Origin: Mobula birostris
Lineage: Eukaryota
Reading direction: 5' to 3'
Assembly (NCBI RefSeq): GCF_030028105.1
Contig: NC_092381.1
Coordinates: forward strand, 26,205,550 to 26,269,549
Length of the DNA: 64,000 bases
Shown one piece after another: positions 37,774-50,002 of the stretch. A program made the position numbers and the translations under genes. The notes beneath the pieces were generated by a model that worked only from the letters and a program-made list of their open reading frames with translations, did not search any database and was not told the DNA's origin. Every line of letters starts with the position of its first letter. Position 1 is the stretch's first letter.

Positions 37774-39999
37774 TATAAACATAGTCAGGCCAGACAAACA
37801 ATAAAAGCATTAAAAAATTCTGCTGCCCTGCATGCCCTGCTATGAATTGTGCAATAGTATTCCCTGAATTTATACAGGCAGTAGTGAATGTGCAGATGAG
37901 TTTGCTCCTGTATTAAAAAACATACCTTTACTTGCGAGCACACTTCATAATAAAAGTTAAAGCAAATATTTTAATTCCCATTAGATTTGGATCAGAAAAT
38001 GTAACATTGTTTTCTAAATGATGCACAACTATCTTATTCATCCTGAGCCATATTCCCTTCCCCCATCCTGCTGCTAGCTTTTATTCAAAGTGGCATGACT
38101 TCAGTTTGTCAACGTACATGAGCAGAATGTAAATTGAAACCATTTTATCTAACAACACTTTAAGGCATTATTGAATCATATGCATGATGCTACCCAATGT
38201 GTACAAGATGAAACTGCAGTATTCATTTTGAACAATGTATTTCCAGAAGTACTAGAAGTGAATTGGACTGTCTTTTGCATAAGGATTAGGACTGAAAGAG
38301 GTTATTTCAATTATATCTAGGAGATATAAACACATTGTATGCTCGTATAAAAATATGCGTTAGTTTGAATGTATATTGATTTATGATGTACTTACAACCT
38401 TTGAAAGAGTTATTCCTTGTACATGCAATAAAATAGCTTGAAGTTTCAAAGATGATATATAGAATCAACTCAAGAGGAATTCAGTACAGTAGTTAAATAA
38501 TTGCTTTATGTTGAATGCAGTGGGTAATAGTAACAAAAGATTCATTTTGTAAGAGGTAAAATATGGTCGTTTCATTTTCTTTTTATTAAGAAGTGCACAA
38601 TGTCTCTCAATTAGAATAATTATTCTGCATGCATTTTTAAAAGAATTTTATCAGTTCTGGATTAAGTAAAATATGTGCATCTATGAAAACAACCATAACT
38701 ACTAAACTAGGATGAATAAGCATTACTTTAAATATAGATTCATTCAGATGAAATGGTATTGTTTTGAAAATTTTGGCAACTAATCTTCAAAGTATGTAAT
38801 TTTTCTAAATCTTTTCTTAGCTATAACATTGTCTAATATAATGCTAGTAATTTATTAATTGCATAATCTAACAATTGCAGTAGTGACTGGTACCAGAATA
38901 ACATTTCTGTCCAAATGTATTTATGCATTTGAAATTACGCTTTGTGGAAGACATATTCTAATTTGCCATTTTGGATTAAATTTTAATTTGTGCATTGTAA
39001 ACTCCCATTATTCTAAAGATGTATATTCTCAGGGAAAATCTGACTACATATATATTAAAATGTAGATTATGGAGGTCCATATGAAATTACAATTTCACAC
39101 ATAATGGTTATAAATGAAGCACTCAGAGGATCAGTCATACAAAATTATAATGAACCAAACAGCTGGTACTGAAAGATTCTTCCAAAAGCTGGTTTACTAA
39201 TATATTAGCTGTTTGACAGAACTTAAACCCAAAGACAATTCTTCTTACAATTTTCCATCACTAAACCATCCAGTAGTTTTTTTTTTAATTGAGCTGATCT
39301 GGCTGTCATCAATTAAGACAGTAATTAGCAACTGTCAAGAGGCACCAAGGATTTTACCATATTTATATATTATAATAATATTTACAATTAGATAGGGTCT
39401 TTCATGTTGAAACATCTTAAAGCTGCTTTGCACAATGTACTGCTTCTCTATTAAAGTGCACCGATCACTGCTGTGCTGACAAATCAAACTAGGAACAGTC
39501 TACAAGCACAACAGGATGTTTTTAAATGCTCCTCAATCAAATGCACATACAGCATGAATAATATAATCTCACCAAAGATATTAGATCTCTGCTGCCATTA
39601 TAAATATTAATTAACCCTTAGAACTCCATGGAGAACATTACTCACTTAGCTGGTACTTGATAAGGAAACCTCTACTGAATTACTATCTCACCAATAGCAT
39701 CTGGAAGCTGGCTCACTTCCAGTGGAAAATTTGGTTTATAAAGAGCTGCTCTAAACTAAATGGTGCAGTGGGATATTCCTTTTGTTGACTTTTTCCAAAC
39801 TTTACTTGCAAACTATTGCCCAACCTGCAACATTCCCTTCACCTACAAAGACTTTAGAACATGTTGCTTACCTATTTTTCTGAATGGAAAGGAATTTACA
39901 ATACCATGATAAGATTTCCTGGCAGTTTGCTGTTATAAGAATACTAATACATTCTTCTTAATCTGTCTACAACCTTTACCTTGGTTGGTCATGAGGCCA

Positions 40000-40790
40000 G
40001 GATACATAGAAATAGAAGCAGGTCCTTCAGCCCCTCAAGCCTGCTCTACCACTCAAAATCACGGCCAATCCAACTTTCACCATGTCCACTTTCACATCCT
40101 CTCCCTAATACCCTTTGATTCCTTATTTGTTTAAAAACATATTTATCTCAGGTTTAACTATGAGCTTACACTGCCTTCTGTCTCCAGGAATTCCAAAAAC
40201 TTGCAACCCATTAAGAGAATAACATTTCTCAACCTCTAATCCTTAATTGAACTTCTTATTCCAAAACAATGTCCCCTGGATCTGGCCTATCTCATGAGGC
40301 AAAATATTTTCCCAGAATTTACTCTATTAACACCACCCACATCCTTAGAAACTTTCTTGTTTCAATAAGATCTTCTCTTAGGTCTTTTAAGCTCAAGTCT
40401 CAAGTCCACACTCAGCCTCCAATCTTTCCTCATAAAACAGTTCTTCAATACAGCCTGATTGTTCTAATAAACTTCTCTAAACAGCCTCCAATGATAATAT
40501 ATATTTTCTTACATAATGGGACCACAACTATGCTTGGTACTCTGGATGTGGTCTCAATAGTGCCTTGTGCAGATATAGAAGGACTTCTTGATTTTATTAG
40601 TCCAACTCCTGTGATATAAAACCCAACATCGCATTGGGCATCCTGATTACCAGCTGTAGCATTGTGCTAACTCTGTGTTAATATATGAGGACCTTCACAT
40701 CCATTTGAACTGCATTACTTTTCGAATCTTTCCCTGTTTAAATAATAGTCTGCTTTATTGTTCGTTCTTTTAAAGCTACCCCTTCTGTCA
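40000..40790 (-). mobile_element. Very old CR1 3' fragment
   Basis: Diverged CATAGAAATAGAAGCAGG..CCTTCAGCCCCTCAAGCCTGCTC tail and remnant RT C-terminus. Confidence 0.6.
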
Positions 40791-41053
40791 TCCTTCCTAT
40801 GACACCACAGTTGAATGTTTCCTTTCAGGTTTCCTACTATATCATTGTGACAAAAGTCCGAGCACACTCTTCTTCCTCTGCCTAGATTGCAGTAAACAAA
40901 CCATTGGTACCAGGAGATCTCTCAGCGCTTAGTTCCATTAGTTGTTCAATACTAATGCTCGGATGATATTGAATTGCTCCATGTGTGCATTATGAGATGT
41001 TCAGAGTGCTTTATGCCATAAACCCTGATGCAAAATGCTTCATAAACTGCTGT

Positions 41054-42973
41054 ACACACAAAATGTTGGTGGAACGCAGCAGGCCAGACAGCACCCATAG
41101 GAAGAAGCACAGTCGACATTTTGGGCTGAGACCCTTTGTCAAGACTAACTGAAAGAAGAGATAGTAAGAGATTTGAAAGTGGGAGGGGGAGGGGGAGATC
41201 TAAAACGATAGGAAAAGACGGGGGGAGGGACAGAGCTAAAAGCTGGAAAGTTGATTGGCAAAAGGGATACAAGGCTGGAGAAGGGAGAGGATCATGGGAC
41301 GGGAGGCCTAGGGGGAAAGAAAGGGGGAGGAGAGCGTCAGAGGAAGATGGCGAGCAGGCAAGCAGTTATTGTGAGAGGGACAGAGAGAGAAAAAGGAGAG
41401 AGAGAATAAAAGAGGAAAAAATAAAAAATAATAAATAAATAAGGGATGGGGTAAGAACGGGAGGAGGGGCATTAACGGAAGTTAGAGAAGTCAATGTTCA
41501 TGCCATCAGGTTGGAAACTACCCAGACGGAATATAAGGTGTTGTTCCTCCAACGTGAGTGTGGCTTCATCTTTACAGTAGAGGAGGCCATGGATAGACAT
41601 ATCAGAATGGGAATGGGACGTGGATTTAAAATGTGTGGCCACTGGGAGATCCTGCTTTCTCTGGCGGACAGAGCATAGGTGTTCAGCGAAATGATCTCCC
41701 AGTCTGCTTCCGGTCTTACCAATATATAGAAGGCTGCACTGGGAGCACCGGATGTAGTATATCACCCCAGCCGACTCACAGGTGAAGTGTCGCCTCAACT
41801 GGAAGGACTGTATGGGGCCCTGAATGGTGGTGAGGGAGGAAGTGTAAGGGCATGTGTAGCACTTGTTCCACTTACAAGGATAAGTGCTGGGAGGGAGATC
41901 GGTGGGAAGGGATGGGGGGGACGAATGGACAAGGAGGTCGCCTAGGGAGCGATCCCTATGGAAAGCAGAAAGTGGGGGAGGGAAAGATGTGCTTGGTGGT
42001 GGGATCCCATTGGAGGTGGCGGCAGTTACAGAGAATTATATGTTGGACCCAGAGGCTGGTGGGGTGGGAGGTGAGGACAAGGGGAACCCTAGCCCTAGTG
42101 GGGTGGCGGAAGGATGGGGTGAGAGCAGATGTGCGTGAAATGGGAGAGAAGCATTTGAGGGCAGAGTTGATGGTGGAAGAAGGGAAGCCCCTTTCTTTAA
42201 AAAAAGAAGATATCTCCTTCGTCCTGGAATGAAAGGCCTCATCCTGAGAGCAGATGCGGCAGAGATGGACAAATTGCAAGAAGGGGAGACAGGGTGGGAA
42301 GAGGAATTGTCCAGGTAACTGTGAGAGATCGTAGGCTTAAAGTAGACATCAGTAGGTAAGCTGTCTCCAGAGATAGAGTCAGAAAGATCAAGAAAGGGGA
42401 GGGAGGTGTCAGAAATGGATCAGGTAAACTTGAGGACAGGGTGAAAGTTGGAGGCAAAGTTAATGAAGTCAACAAGCTCAGCATGCGTGCAGGAGCAGCA
42501 CCAATGCGGTCGTTGATGTAGTGAAGGAAAAGTGGAAGACGGATACCAGTATAGGCTTGGAACATGGACTGTTCCACAAAGCCAACAAAAAGGCAGATAC
42601 AGTATAGTTGGGACCCATACGGATGCCCATGACTACACCTTTAGTTTGAAGGAAGTGGGAGTAGCTGAAGGAGAAATTACTAAGAGTAAGGACTCATTCC
42701 GCTAGACAGAGGAGAGTGGTGGTAGAGGGGAACTGGTTAGGTCTGGAATCCAAAAAGCGGAGAGCTTTGAGACCTTCTTGCTGGGGGATGGAGGTATATA
42801 GGAACTGGACATCCATGGTGAAAATAAGGCTGTAATTATTTCTCCTTCGTCTCCTCCCACTTCCTCCAAACTAAAGGTGTAGCCATGGGCATCCGTATGG
42901 GTCCCAGTTATGCCTGCCTTTTTGTTAGCTTTGTGGAACAGTCCATGTTCCAAGCCTATACTGGTATTTTGAC
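41054..42973 (-). mobile_element. Penelope-like element (RT + GIY-YIG endonuclease), decayed, with a 5' inverted duplication
   Basis: VIYYIRCSQCSLLYIGKT...HF...E...LGSFQPDGMN (GIY-YIG), YIND (YIDD-like), GVAMGIRMGPSYA (seen in the inverted duplicate). 14-bp TSD TCATAAACTGCTGT at 41040-41053 and 42974-42987. Confidence 0.92.
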
Positions 42974-43164
42974 TCATAAACTGCTGTGTCTCATCTCACA
43001 TAAGTATTTTCTCAACCTACTTGATTAAGGGACTTATGTTCACTTTGACCCTTCTCTTCCTGTTCATATTCTTAAAGATCTTTCTATCAGTTTTTATATT
43101 TTTTGCTGATTTTCACACAAGATTTTTTCATTATTTATTCTCTCTTTCATTCTTATTGCACATT

Positions 43165-45082
43165 TAGGGCAGTGGGGATACCAGACAGGAGAGTGGAATG
43201 CTCCTCTTATGGGTTGTGGGAAGGCAGGGGGACCTCCAGTGTCCCTGACTACTACACCAATAGGAAGTGCATCCAGCTGCAGCTTCTTTCAGACCTTGTT
43301 AAGGAATTGGAGCTGGATCTAGATAAAATCTGGAACGTTCAGGAGGCTGAGGGGTTGACAGACAGAACATAGAGGGAGGTAGTTACACCCAAGGTACGAG
43401 ACACAGGCAACTGGGTGACTGTCATGAGGGGAAAAGGAATAGACAGCCCTTGTAGAATACCCCTGTGGTCATTTCCCTTAAAAACAGGTATACCATTTTG
43501 GATAACGTTGGGGGTGGGGGTGGGGAGGGTTGATCTAGCAGAGGAAAGCCAGGTGTCTGGCACTGAGAGTGTCACATAGGCTCAGAAAGGACGGGGGGGG
43601 GCGGGCAGAAATGAGGATAATTGTGGTGATAGGGGAACTGAAAGGAGATTCTGTGGATGAGAATGAGATTCCCTTAATGTTTGTTGCTTCCCAGGTGCCA
43701 GGGTCAGAACATCATGGATTAAGTCCACGGTAATCTTAATTGGGAGGCTGAGCAGAAAGAGGTTGTGGTCCACATCGGTACCACATGCAGGAGGAGTGTC
43801 GAGATCCTGCAAACTGATTGCAGAGAGTTAGGTGCTAAGTTAAAGGACAGGACCTCCAGGGTTTTGGCCTCAGGACTGTTATCCGTGCAACGCGCTAGTT
43901 AGCCTGAAATAAGAAGATCGTCCAGTTTAACACGTGGCTAAAGAGATGGGGCAGATGGGGGGGGGGGTTTCAGATATTTGGAGCATTGGGCACTCTTCTA
44001 AGGAAAGGTGGGACTTCTACAGAAGGGATGGTTTGCATCTGAACTGGTGGGGAACTAATATCCTAGCAGGAATGTTTGCTAGTGTAGCATAGGGGGTATT
44101 CATACTAGAGTTGCAATGGGATGGGAATTAAAGCACGAGAATAGGTAGTGGAGTAGCTGTGGAGAGAAATGTTGTTAAGTCTACATAGACAGTCAGGAAT
44201 CAGAAGGTCGAGCTTGGTGGGACTAATGTTCTGAACACGATATATTTCAATCCAAGGAATATTGTAGGAAAGGTGGATGAGCTAAGGACATAGATCAACA
44301 TGTGGAATTATGACATTGTAGCCATTACTGAGACTTAATTGCAAGAAGGGCAGGATTAACAGCTTAATGTTCTGGGGTCCCATTGTTTTATATGTGATAG
44401 AGCGGGAGGGATAAAGAGGGAGGGGTGGCATTATTAGTCAGAGACTTGTGGCAGCATTCAGACAGGACAGACTGGAGAGCTCGTATACTGAGAAATAAAA
44501 AGGTAGGAACGCGTTAATGGGATTATATTATAGGCCACCCTACAGTCCGCGGGATTCAGAGGGGCAAAACGTAGAGAGATAACAGACTGTTGCAAGAAAC
44601 ATAAGGTTGTTATAGCAGGTGAATTCAACTTTCCACATACTGACTGTGACTCCCATGCTGTGAAAGGGCTGGATGAGAAAGAGTTTGTCAAAAGTGTTCA
44701 GGAAAATTTCCTAAATCAGAACATACAAGTCTGAAGGCCAACTCAAGAGAGTGCGGTGCTAGATCTGCTATTAGGGAATGAGACAAGGCAGGTGACAGAA
44801 GTTTGTCTAAGGGAACACTATGCATCTAGTGATCATAATGCCAATAGTTTCAAGGTCATTATGGAAAAGGATACATCTGATCCTTAAACTGAACCTCCCT
44901 GGAGGTTCTAAATTGGAGAAAGGCCAATTTTTATGGTATCAGAAAGGATCTGGCAAGTGTAGATGAGGACAGCTATGGTCCGGGTGCAGGTCAATGGGAC
45001 TAGGCAGGTCAGTGGTTCAGCATGGACTAGTGGGCTGAAGGGCCTGTTTCCATGCTGCAGTAGTCTACGACTCTGTGACTCC
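43165..45082 (+). mobile_element. Internally deleted CR1 (ORF1 Zn-finger/SGNH esterase + APE, joined directly to a 3' UTR)
   Basis: ORF1 remnants VCCFPGARV, VVHIGT, DGLHLN. APE remnants AITET, GGGVALLV, GEFNFP, LDLLLGN, SDHN. The 3' tail GGGCTGAAGGGCCTGTTTCC follows with no RT in between. Confidence 0.8.
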
Positions 45083-46308
45083 ATCTTCTCCTTCTTGATT
45101 TATTTGTTTTTCTCTGAAGGATTTTGAATTTATTCTAATCTTTGGGCTCTTCACTATCCTTTGCCCCTTACATAATTTCTACCACCTTGTGCCTTACAGT
45201 ACATTATACAAAGAAGCTTAATGTCTCGGTAAATCCTATTCTAACTGCTCCCTTTGGAAACCCATAGAGCTAGCCTTGAAGTCTTTTTTCTCAGTTACAT
45301 GAGAACACATGGATGTTTGTGAAGAAAAAGAATTTCAGGAAGTATATTGTATATATTTCTGTGACATTAAATGTACCTATTAAACCTATGGAACACTATC
45401 TAAAAACATTAAGTTACTGTGATACTCACATTAATGTGAAAACCACTGCTCTTGACTTATCCACCAACTGTAACATATTTCATTAATTTTCTGAAATTTA
45501 GTATTGATTCTAAAATCTCTGATATCTTGTGCTTAACTGCTTTGAATATCTCCACCAATGGCAACCATGCCTTCAGTGGCCTGGCCTCTAAATTCCTGAA
45601 TTACTTTTACCTCTTTATCTTCCACACCGTTTCTAAGTATATAAGTGCAATTTGTTATCGTGACTTGGGTAGGAGTCCAGCCGGGAACAGAGGGATTAAA
45701 CGTCCACTTGATGCACCAGTTGTAATGATGGTATAGGAAGTGAATATCTGTCCAGTTTTGGAGGCATCTGTCCATACTTTGCTCTTGCATGAAAGTTCCC
45801 CTCAATGAATTTTGAGATGGCTATTAGATATAGATATTAGTCACACTGGTGCACTGAGGCAGATGCTGATGAATAGTAACTGGGAGACCGCTTTGCACTT
45901 CAGTTACATGTGTCAGCATTTTACAATCATTTGGTACTTTCACCAGTGAATATAATAATTACGAGTAACCGGATGGTAAGTGGCCAATGTCCTTGACTCC
46001 AACCATTTCCAATTGTAGAGAGGAAGGTGGTATGCAATCTGCCTGAGCTGTCAAGCACATCTCAAAGTGATCATTCAACATAACACCACTGATAGTCAAT
46101 AACTTGTAGGGAAACGATGATGAAAGAGAAGTACTCTTAGGAGATTCCCTTCCTGAAATGTCCTACCATAATCACCTTTGCACAGGCCCTCGGGATCGCC
46201 ACAATGTACAATTCAACCGCTCTTGATTATATTTCTGGTGATGTTTAGACCTTGGTACTCAGTGATGTTGCGAATTGTGCCAAAGTGACTCAAATGAACT
46301 ATCCTCAG

Positions 46309-47731
46309 CACGCATGCTGAGCTCGTTGACTTTATTAACTTTGCCTCCAACTTTCACCCTGCCCTCAAGTTTACCTGGTCCATTTCCGACACTTCCCTCC
46401 CCTTTCTAGATCTTTCTGTCTCTATCTCTGGTGACAGCTTATCCACTGATGTCTACTATAAGCCTACTGACTCTCACAGCTATTTGGACTATTCCTCTTC
46501 TCACCCTGTCTCTTGCAAAAATGCCATCCCCTTCTCGCAATTCCTCCGTCTCCGCCGCATCTGCTCTCAGGATGAGGCTTTTCATTCCAGGATGAGGGAG
46601 ATGTCCTCCTTTTTCAAAGAAAGGGGCTTCCCTTCCTCCACCATCAACTCTGCTCTCAAACACATCTCCCCCATTTCACGCACATCTGCTCTCACTCCAT
46701 CCTCCCGCCACCCCACTAGGAATAGGGTTCCCCTGGTCCTCACCTACCACCCCACCAGCCTCCGGGTCCAACATATTATTCTCCGTAACTTCTGCCACCT
46801 CCAACGGGATCCAACCACTAAGCACATCTTTCCCTCCTCCCCTCTCTGCTTTCCGCAGGGATCGCTCCCTACGCGACTCCCTTGTCCATTCGTCCCCCCC
46901 ATCCCTCCCTACTGATCTCCCTCCTGGCACTTATCCTTGTAAGTGGAACAAGTGCTACACATGCCCTTACACTTCCTCCCTTACCACTATTCAGGGCCAC
47001 AGACAGTCCTTCCAGGTGAGGCGACACTTCACTTGTGAGTCGGCTGGGGTGATATACTGCGTCCGGTGCTCCCGATGTGGCCTTCTATATATTGGCGAGA
47101 CCCGATGCAGACTGGGAGACCGCTTTGCTGAAAGCCTACGCTCTGTCCGCCAGAGAAAGCAGGATCTCCCAGTGGCCACACATTTTAATTCCACGTCCCA
47201 TTCCCATTCTGACATGTCTATCCACGGCCTCCTCTACTGTAAAGATGAAGCCACACTCAGGTTGGAGGAACAGCACCTTATATTCCGTCTGGGTAGCCTC
47301 CAACCTGATGGCATGAACATTGACCTCTCTAACTTCCGCTAATGCCCCACCTCCCCCTCGTACCCCATCCGTTATTTATTTTTATACACACATTCTTTCT
47401 CTCACTCTCCTTTTTCTCCCTCTGTCCCTCTGACTATACCCCTTGCCCATCCTCTGGGTTCCCCCCACTGTCTTTCTCCCCAGACCTCCTGTCCCATGAT
47501 CCTCTCATATCCCCTTTGCCAATCACCTGTCCAGCTCTTGGCTCCATCCCTCCCCCTCCTGTCTTCTCCTATCATTTTGGATCTCCCCCTCCCCCTCCCA
47601 CTTTCAAATCTCTTACTAGCTCTTCCTTCAGTTAGTCCTGACGAAGGGTCTCGGCCTGAAACGTCGACTGCACCTCTTCCTAGAGATGCTGCCTGGCCTG
47701 CTGTGTTCACCAGCAACTTTGATGTGTGTTG
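46309..47731 (+). mobile_element. Young 5'-truncated Penelope-like element (RT C-terminus, GIY-YIG, terminal repeat)
   Basis: LPFLDLSV, VYYKPTDS, IPFSQFLRLRRICS, VIYCVRCSRCGLLYIGET...LQPDGMN; one frameshift near 46840. 10-bp TSD CTATCCTCAG at 46299-46308 and 47732-47741. Confidence 0.95.
47633..47670 (+). ncRNA. Minimal type I hammerhead ribozyme motif in the PLE terminal repeat
   Basis: TAGTC-CTGACGA-AGGGTCTCGGCCT-GAAA-CGTC-GACTG. CUGANGA and GAAA core, helix I UAGUC/GACUG, short helix II, palindromic ACGT helix III, GUC cleavage triplet. Activity untested. Confidence 0.8.
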
Positions 47732-49050
47732 CTATCCTCAGTTTTGTTCAGTTAGGTTAGTTTTTTTCTGAATCGGAGCACAGAAATTCCGATTTGCGCC
47801 ATCACTGGGCAGCTGAACCAGCTGTAATGAATTAGATTCAGTGGGCTCTATGAGAGTTCTGCCTGAAGACCATCGATCCTTAGCTAATGAGGCCTGGACT
47901 CAGAACAAACACTGTGCTGACCAAAGCATTGGAGAGTCAGTGGCGCACTCTGGCAAGCACAATGCCAAGTCAACCAGAGCACCCCTTGGAGCCAGCAACA
48001 GTGAACGCTCTTAACATATGAAAAACTATACATGAAGCATTAAAGGTAGCTGTTTGTCAGATTTACGGGAGACATTTAAGGATTCAGAAAAAAAAAGAGT
48101 CCAAATGTCACAATTCAACATTATAACTCAAGAGAACTCAGCAAAGATGTTCATAAAATTGATGAATATAGAGTCGAACCATTGGGAAAAAAAATGATGG
48201 GATGGGATGATGAACAGAGGAGTGGAAATAACCAGTTTCTACTTTCAGATTACTGGTACATTTGCTATTCAACTAAATGCATCCAGGTAAGGTTGAAAAC
48301 TGAAATAAATGGGCATAATTATTATAAACACTGCAATTATACTAAATTCTTGTTCGCAAATTCAAAACTGGAGACAAAGGTGGTTTCCAGTTGGAAAATT
48401 GGCAACATTTACAAAATTAAATATTATACCTTCACCAATCTTCACACATGCTATTTTTTTTCTGAATTCTGATAAATGGAATGTTGTTTAACATGACAGA
48501 TACCTGTACATCTATATTGTACTGAGTCCTCAATGGTGTTCAGACCACAGAATAATAACTAAGGAGATAGAAATTTGCTGGTAAAACTGTTCACAAAAGT
48601 TTTCCCTTGCATTAGAAAAACAGAAGATCACTCCTTGATTGATGAGTTTATTTAGGCCGGAATTAATGTTAGGATGAGCTCACTTAGGAACTATATGGAG
48701 CACATTCAGTAGCCAATGGCATACATTAGTGCCATTGTGCACAATGGATATAGACATGAGATAAAGATCAGGTGAAGTGGCGTTCCTGGTTTACAGGAGG
48801 TTGTGATGATCCTCTTCGTCCCAGCTGAGTGGCCAACTCAAATTGCGTATTAGAACAATTCAGAGAATAGTTGAGGACTCCTCTCCTCCAACATAGTGTG
48901 GTAGTGCAGAGTAGCATGGAAACAGATCCTTCAATCGAATATGTCCATGCCAACCAAGATTCATTTCAAGCTAGCACCATTTGCCTACATCTGGCTCATA
49001 TACATCTAAAGTTTTCTCTATCCATGACTACATTTTCTTTTAAACATTGT

Positions 49051-50002
49051 ACAGTACTGTGCAAAAGTCTTCGTCAGTCGAGATTTTTTATGTGGTTTCA
49101 GATGGTAATGCCTCCACAGAGCCCTGAAATCAACATCATCGAGGCTGCCTGGGATTACTTGGAGGGAAGAAGCAAGTGAGACAGCCAAAGACTGCTGAAG
49201 AACTGCGTCAAGTTCTCTAAGATGCTTGGAATAACCTACCAACTGATTTTTGTATAAAACCACACAAGAGTGTGGTTTTGAAAGAACTGATCCAGTTTTA
49301 AAAGCAAAGTGTTGTCCCACCAAATATTGATTTGATTTAGTTTTTTACTGTTTAGAGTCATAGAGTCATAGAAAAGTACAGCACAGTAACAGGCCCTTCA
49401 GCCCATCTAGTCCATGCTGAAACATTTAAACTGCCTGCAACACACATCAAAGTTGCTGGTGAACGCAGTAGGCCAGGCAGCACCTCTTCCTAGAGGTGCT
49501 GCCTGGCCTGCTGCGTTCACCAGCAACTTTGATGTGTGTTGCTTGAATTTCCAGCATCTGCAGAATTCCTGTTGTTTGCATTTAAACTGCCTAGTCCCAT
49601 CAAACTTCACCGGGAATACAGTCATCCAAACTTCCAAACTTCTCTTAAACATTGAAATCAAGCCTGACATGCACCACTTGCACTGGGTATCTTGTTCCGC
49701 ACTCTCAGAAACCTCTCAATGAAGAAGCTTTATACTCATGTTCCCCTTAAACTTCTCACCTTTTACCTTTCACCCTTAAACCATGACCTCTAGTTGCAGT
49801 CCCACCCAACCGCAGTGGAAAAAGCCTGCTTACATTTACCCTAACTATACCCCTCATAATTGTGTATACCTCTATCAAATCTCCCCTCAATCTCTTTGTA
49901 ATAATTTTTTTTTTGATTTTAAGGGACTTTTCATTTCATTATGTTGAAAGCATCTTTGCTTTACAGATTTTATTTACGTGGGCCCAAGACTTTTGCACAG
50001 TG
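49051..50002 (+). mobile_element. Non-autonomous Tc1 element interrupted by a CR1 3' end (~49352-49895, minus)
   Basis: TIRs CAGTACTGTGCAAAAGTCTT / AAGACTTTTGCACAGT; PPQSPEINIIEAAWDYL remnant. CR1 tail (TAGAGTCA)n at ~49352. Confidence 0.8.
49437..49578. mobile_element. Penelope-derived fold-back mini-insertion: 51-bp stem, 4-nt loop, 36-nt tail
   Basis: Arms 49437-49487 and 49492-49542 with one mismatch. 14-bp TSD CATTTAAACTGCCT at 49423-49436 and 49579-49592. Confidence 0.95.

Noticed and set aside
46309-47342. Domesticated GIY-YIG/RT host gene
   Set aside because: 5'-truncated, frameshifted, TSD-flanked and multicopy, so it is an ordinary PLE insertion.
49407-49722. Mirror ORFs on both strands with similar peptides (also 56817-57409)
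   Set aside because: A by-product of the palindromic PLE insertions, not protein-coding.
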